Positions 60,273 through 64,000 of a DNA stretch of 64,000 bases are shown piece after piece. Location of the stretch: the NCBI RefSeq assembly GCF_020745735.1, contig NC_083426.1, forward strand, positions 12,772,001-12,836,000, read 5' to 3'. Under the pieces are notes generated by a model that was not told the origin of the DNA, did no database searches, and worked only from the letters and a program-made list of their open reading frames with translations. The position numbers and the translations under genes were made by a program. The stretch is from Hemiscyllium ocellatum (Eukaryota). Positions within the stretch are counted from its first letter, which is position 1. Each line of letters begins with the position of its first letter.

Positions 60273-61235
60273 GTGAGCATCATGGCCTTTACAAGAATGA
60301 TTTTGAGCACTCTAAGTTCCCCATCAATGAGGTGGCCCTGGGTGGAGGGGTTTCGAAGCAGGAGACACAGTTTGAGAAGAATGGGTTGACCATTTGGGAC
60401 TGAGATGAGCAGGAATTTCTTCACTCAGAGGGTGATGGTTTGTTGGAATTCTCTGCCCCAGAGAGCTCTGGAGGCTCCAGCCTTGAATATATTCAAAACA
60501 GAGATCAATAATGTTCTGGGTAATAAAGATATGGAGGGATATGGCAGTAGTGCAAGTAAAATGGTATTCAGGTGGAAGATCTGCCCTGATCCAGGTGAAT
60601 GCTGAGGGATCCTCGAGGGGCAGAATGGCCTACTCTGGTCCTGCCTCATCTCTCTCCATGGTGGCCTCATGCTGTTTAATGCTGTCATTGAACCAGCCTC
60701 CACCATTTCATCTGACAGCTCGTTTCACACACATGTCCACCCTTTGCGTGAAAAAGTTACTCCTCAGGTCATTTTGAAATAATTTCCCTCTCACCTTCAA
60801 CCTGTGCCCTCTAGTTCTGGACACCCCCATTGAGGAAAAACACCTCGGCTGTTCACCCTGCCCATTCCCTTGTTTAAATCTCATTGGATAACATCGTCAT
60901 GTGTCCTAATCTGGAATGAAGACAATGTAAATGCTGTTGTACAGAGATATAAGTGATTTAGTGTGTAATAGTTTGATTGGATGGAACCTTGTTATCTGTT
61001 AAAATAATAAAATACATTTGTTGTTATTCAAACAAATTGATTTATTCAACATTTGATGGGATGTACAGCTCCCGTGCATACATTAATAAATATGTAAACA
61101 AAGAAACCTGAGTCTGATCTAAAGAGGAAATATAGTATCAAATCTGCCTTTCTGGGATTCTCATAGAACATAGGAGGTGCCAGAGAGCAAAAGGAAATGA
61201 CATATTCCCAGATCATTGTCATACTCTTCTTCACG

Positions 61236-63800
61236 TAGAGTTATAGAGTCATAGAGGTGTACAGCACGGAAACAGACCCTTCGGTCCAACTCATCCATGC
61301 CAACCAGATATTGAGTCCAATCTCGTCCTACCTGCTAGAACTTGGCCCATATCCTTCCAAACTCTTCCTATTCCTATAAGCAACCAGATACCTTTTAAAT
61401 GTTGCAATTGTACTAGCCTCCACCATCTCCTCTGGCAGTTCATTCCAAACACGCACCAGCCGCTGCATATAAAGTTGCCCCTTAGGTCTACTTTATATCT
61501 TTCCTCTCTCACCCTAAACCTATGCCCTCTAGACACCACCACACTATCTGGACTCCCCCACACCAGGGAAAAGGCCTTGTCTATATATCCTATCCATGCC
61601 CCTCATGATTTTGTAAACCTCTATAAGGTCACGCCTCAGTCTCCGACACTCCAGGGGAAACAATCCCAGCCTGTTCAGCCTCTCCCTGTAGCTCAGATCC
61701 TCCAACCCTGGCAACATGCTTGTAAATCTTTTCTGAACCCTTTCAAGTTTCACAACGTCTTTCCAATAGGAAGGAGACCAGAATTGCACGCAATATTCTG
61801 ACAGTGGCCTAACCAATGTCCTGTACAGCCGCAACATGGCCTCCCAACTCCTGGACGCTATACTCTGACCAAGAAAGGAAAGCATACCAAATGCCTTCTT
61901 CACTATCCTATCTACCTGTGATTCCACTTTCAAGGAGCAATGAACCTGCACTCCATTGTCTCTTTGTTCAGTAACACTCCTTAGGACCTGACCATTGAGT
62001 GTATAAGTCCTGCTAAGGTTTGCTTTCCCAAAATGTAGCACCTCACATTTATCTAACTGGAACTCCATCTGCCACTTATCAGCCATTGACACATCTGGTC
62101 AAGATCCCATTGTAATCTGAAGTAAGCTTCTTCGCTGTCAACTCCACCTCCAATTTTGGTGTCATCTGAAAATTATGAACTATACCTCTTAGGCTCACAT
62201 CCTAATCATTGAGATAAATGATGAAAAGTAGTGGACCCAGCACTGATCCTTGTGGCACTCCACTGGTCACAGACCTCCACTCTGAAAAATAACCCTCCCC
62301 CACCACCTTCTGTCTTCTACCTTTGACCCAGTTCTGTATCCAAATAGCTTGTTCTCCCTGCGTTCAGTGAGATCTAACCTTTCTAAACAATCTTCCATGG
62401 GGAACCTTGTCAATAGCCTTACTGAAGTCCATATAAATCACATTTATTGCTCTGCCCTCATCAATTTTCCTTGTTACTTCTTCCAAAAATTCAATCAAGT
62501 TTGTGAGACATGATTTCCCACACACAAAGCCATGTTGACTTTCCCTTGTCAGTCCTTGCCTTTCAAAATACATGTACATCCTGTCCCTCAGGATTCCCTC
62601 CACCAACTTGCCCAACACTGACGTCAGGCTCACTGGTCTATAGTTCCCTGACCTGTCCTTACTACCTTTCTTGAACAGTGGCACCATGTTAGGCAACCTC
62701 CAGTCTTCTGGCACCTCACCTGTGAGTATCAATGACACAAATACTTCAGTAAGAGGCCCAGCTATCCTAGCTTCCCACAGAGTTCTAGGGTACAGCTAAT
62801 CAGGTCCTGGGGATGTATCCACTTTTATGCATTTCAAGCCATCCAGCACTTCCTCCTCTGTAATATGGACATTTTTCAAGATGTCACCATCTGTTTCCCT
62901 ACATTCTATAACTTACACGTCCTTTTCCACAGTAAATACAGATGCAAAATACCAATTAGTTTCTCCCCCATCTCCTGCACCTCCACACAAAGGCCGCCTT
63001 GCTGATCTTTGAGGGACCCTATTCTCTCCCTCTTTACCCTTTTGTCCTTACTGTATTTGTAAAAGCACTTAGGATTCTTCTTAACCCTATTTGCCAAAGC
63101 CATCTCATTTCCCCTTTTTTCCCTCATGATTTCTCTTTTAAGTATACTTCTACTGCCTTGATACTCTTCTCAGGATTCACTCGATCTATCCTGTCTATAC
63201 CTGACATGTGCTTCCTTCTTTTCTTTAATGAAATTCTCAATTTCTTTAGTTATCCAGCATTCCCATTCCTACCAGCCTTTCCTTTCACCCTGACAGGAAT
63301 ATACTTTCTCTGGACTCTCGTTATCTCATTTCTGAAGGCTTCCCATTTTCCATCCATCCTTTTACCTGCAACCATCTGCCCCCTATCAGCTTTTGAAAGT
63401 TTTTGCCTAACACAGTCAAAATTGGCCTTTCTCCAATTTAGAATGTCAAATTTGAGATGCACTTTGAATGCTGCCTGAACTGCTGTGCTCTTCCAGCACT
63501 ACTAATCCGAAATTTGAGATGTGGTCTATCCTTTTCCATCACTATTTTAAAACTAACAGAATTATGGTCACTGGCCCAAAGTGCCTCCCCACTGACACCT
63601 CAGTCACCTGCCCTGCACTGCCTTATTTCCTCAGAGTAGGTCAAGTTTTGCACATTCTCTAGTAGGTACATCCACATACTGAATCAGAAAATTGTCTTGT
63701 ACACACTTAAGAAATTCCTCTCCATCTAAATCTTGAACACAATGGCAGTGCCAGTCGATGTTTGGAAAGTTAAAATCCCCGACCATAACTACCCTATTAT
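61236..63800 (-). mobile_element. CR1 (duplicate of 30578-33142)
   Basis: Colinear at +30658. Confidence 0.9.
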
Positions 63801-64000
63801 TCTCTCTCTCACTCTCTCTCCCTCACACACATGCACACATCTTCCCTCTGCCTCTCTCCCCCACCATGCCACCTCCCACCCCACTACACACAAACGCACA
63901 CGCATACAGGTCTATGGGATGAATTGCATTTGCAAATTTGTATTTACAGATATTTTAGATTATGTTCAAAAAACACACAATCTATTGACAGTGAGTAAAT

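Larger units (their letters stand above)
1830..64000 (+). repeat. Tandem segmental duplication (~31-kb units A and B)
   Basis: Paired ORFs and exons throughout; offset ~31.3-34.4 kb in the 5' part, ~29.8 kb at V1 and 30658 from ~22.9 kb onward. Confidence 0.95.

Overview
Repeat-rich vertebrate genomic DNA. The CR1, Penelope and SINE repeat types and the receptor family suggest a cartilaginous fish (shark); this is inference, not a database result. The window holds about two units of a tandem segmental duplication (offset 30,658 bp in the 3' half). Each unit carries a + strand, multi-exon Ig-superfamily receptor gene that the ORF track only partly shows: leader - V1 - C2a - V2 - C2b - (decayed C2c) - Ser/Thr stalk - TM with Asp/Arg and a ~4-aa tail. 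Copy A spans 6300-29614 (~528 aa) and copy B 40437-60272 (~524 aa). I checked splice sites and phases by hand and both frames are open. The V domains are CD300/pIgR/TREM-like; the architecture and charged TM fit an activating member of the cartilaginous-fish MDIR (modular domain immune-type receptor) type family. The rest is largely CR1 LINEs (two near full-length in copy A), Penelope-like elements with hammerhead ribozymes, tRNA-derived SINEs, an L2 relic and a 787-bp solo LTR unique to copy B. The 5' halves of the two copies are visibly diverged and differ in TE content, whereas ~10 kb of the 3' halves are nearly identical. All identities and counts were made by eye; TE boundaries are approximate unless a TSD is given.
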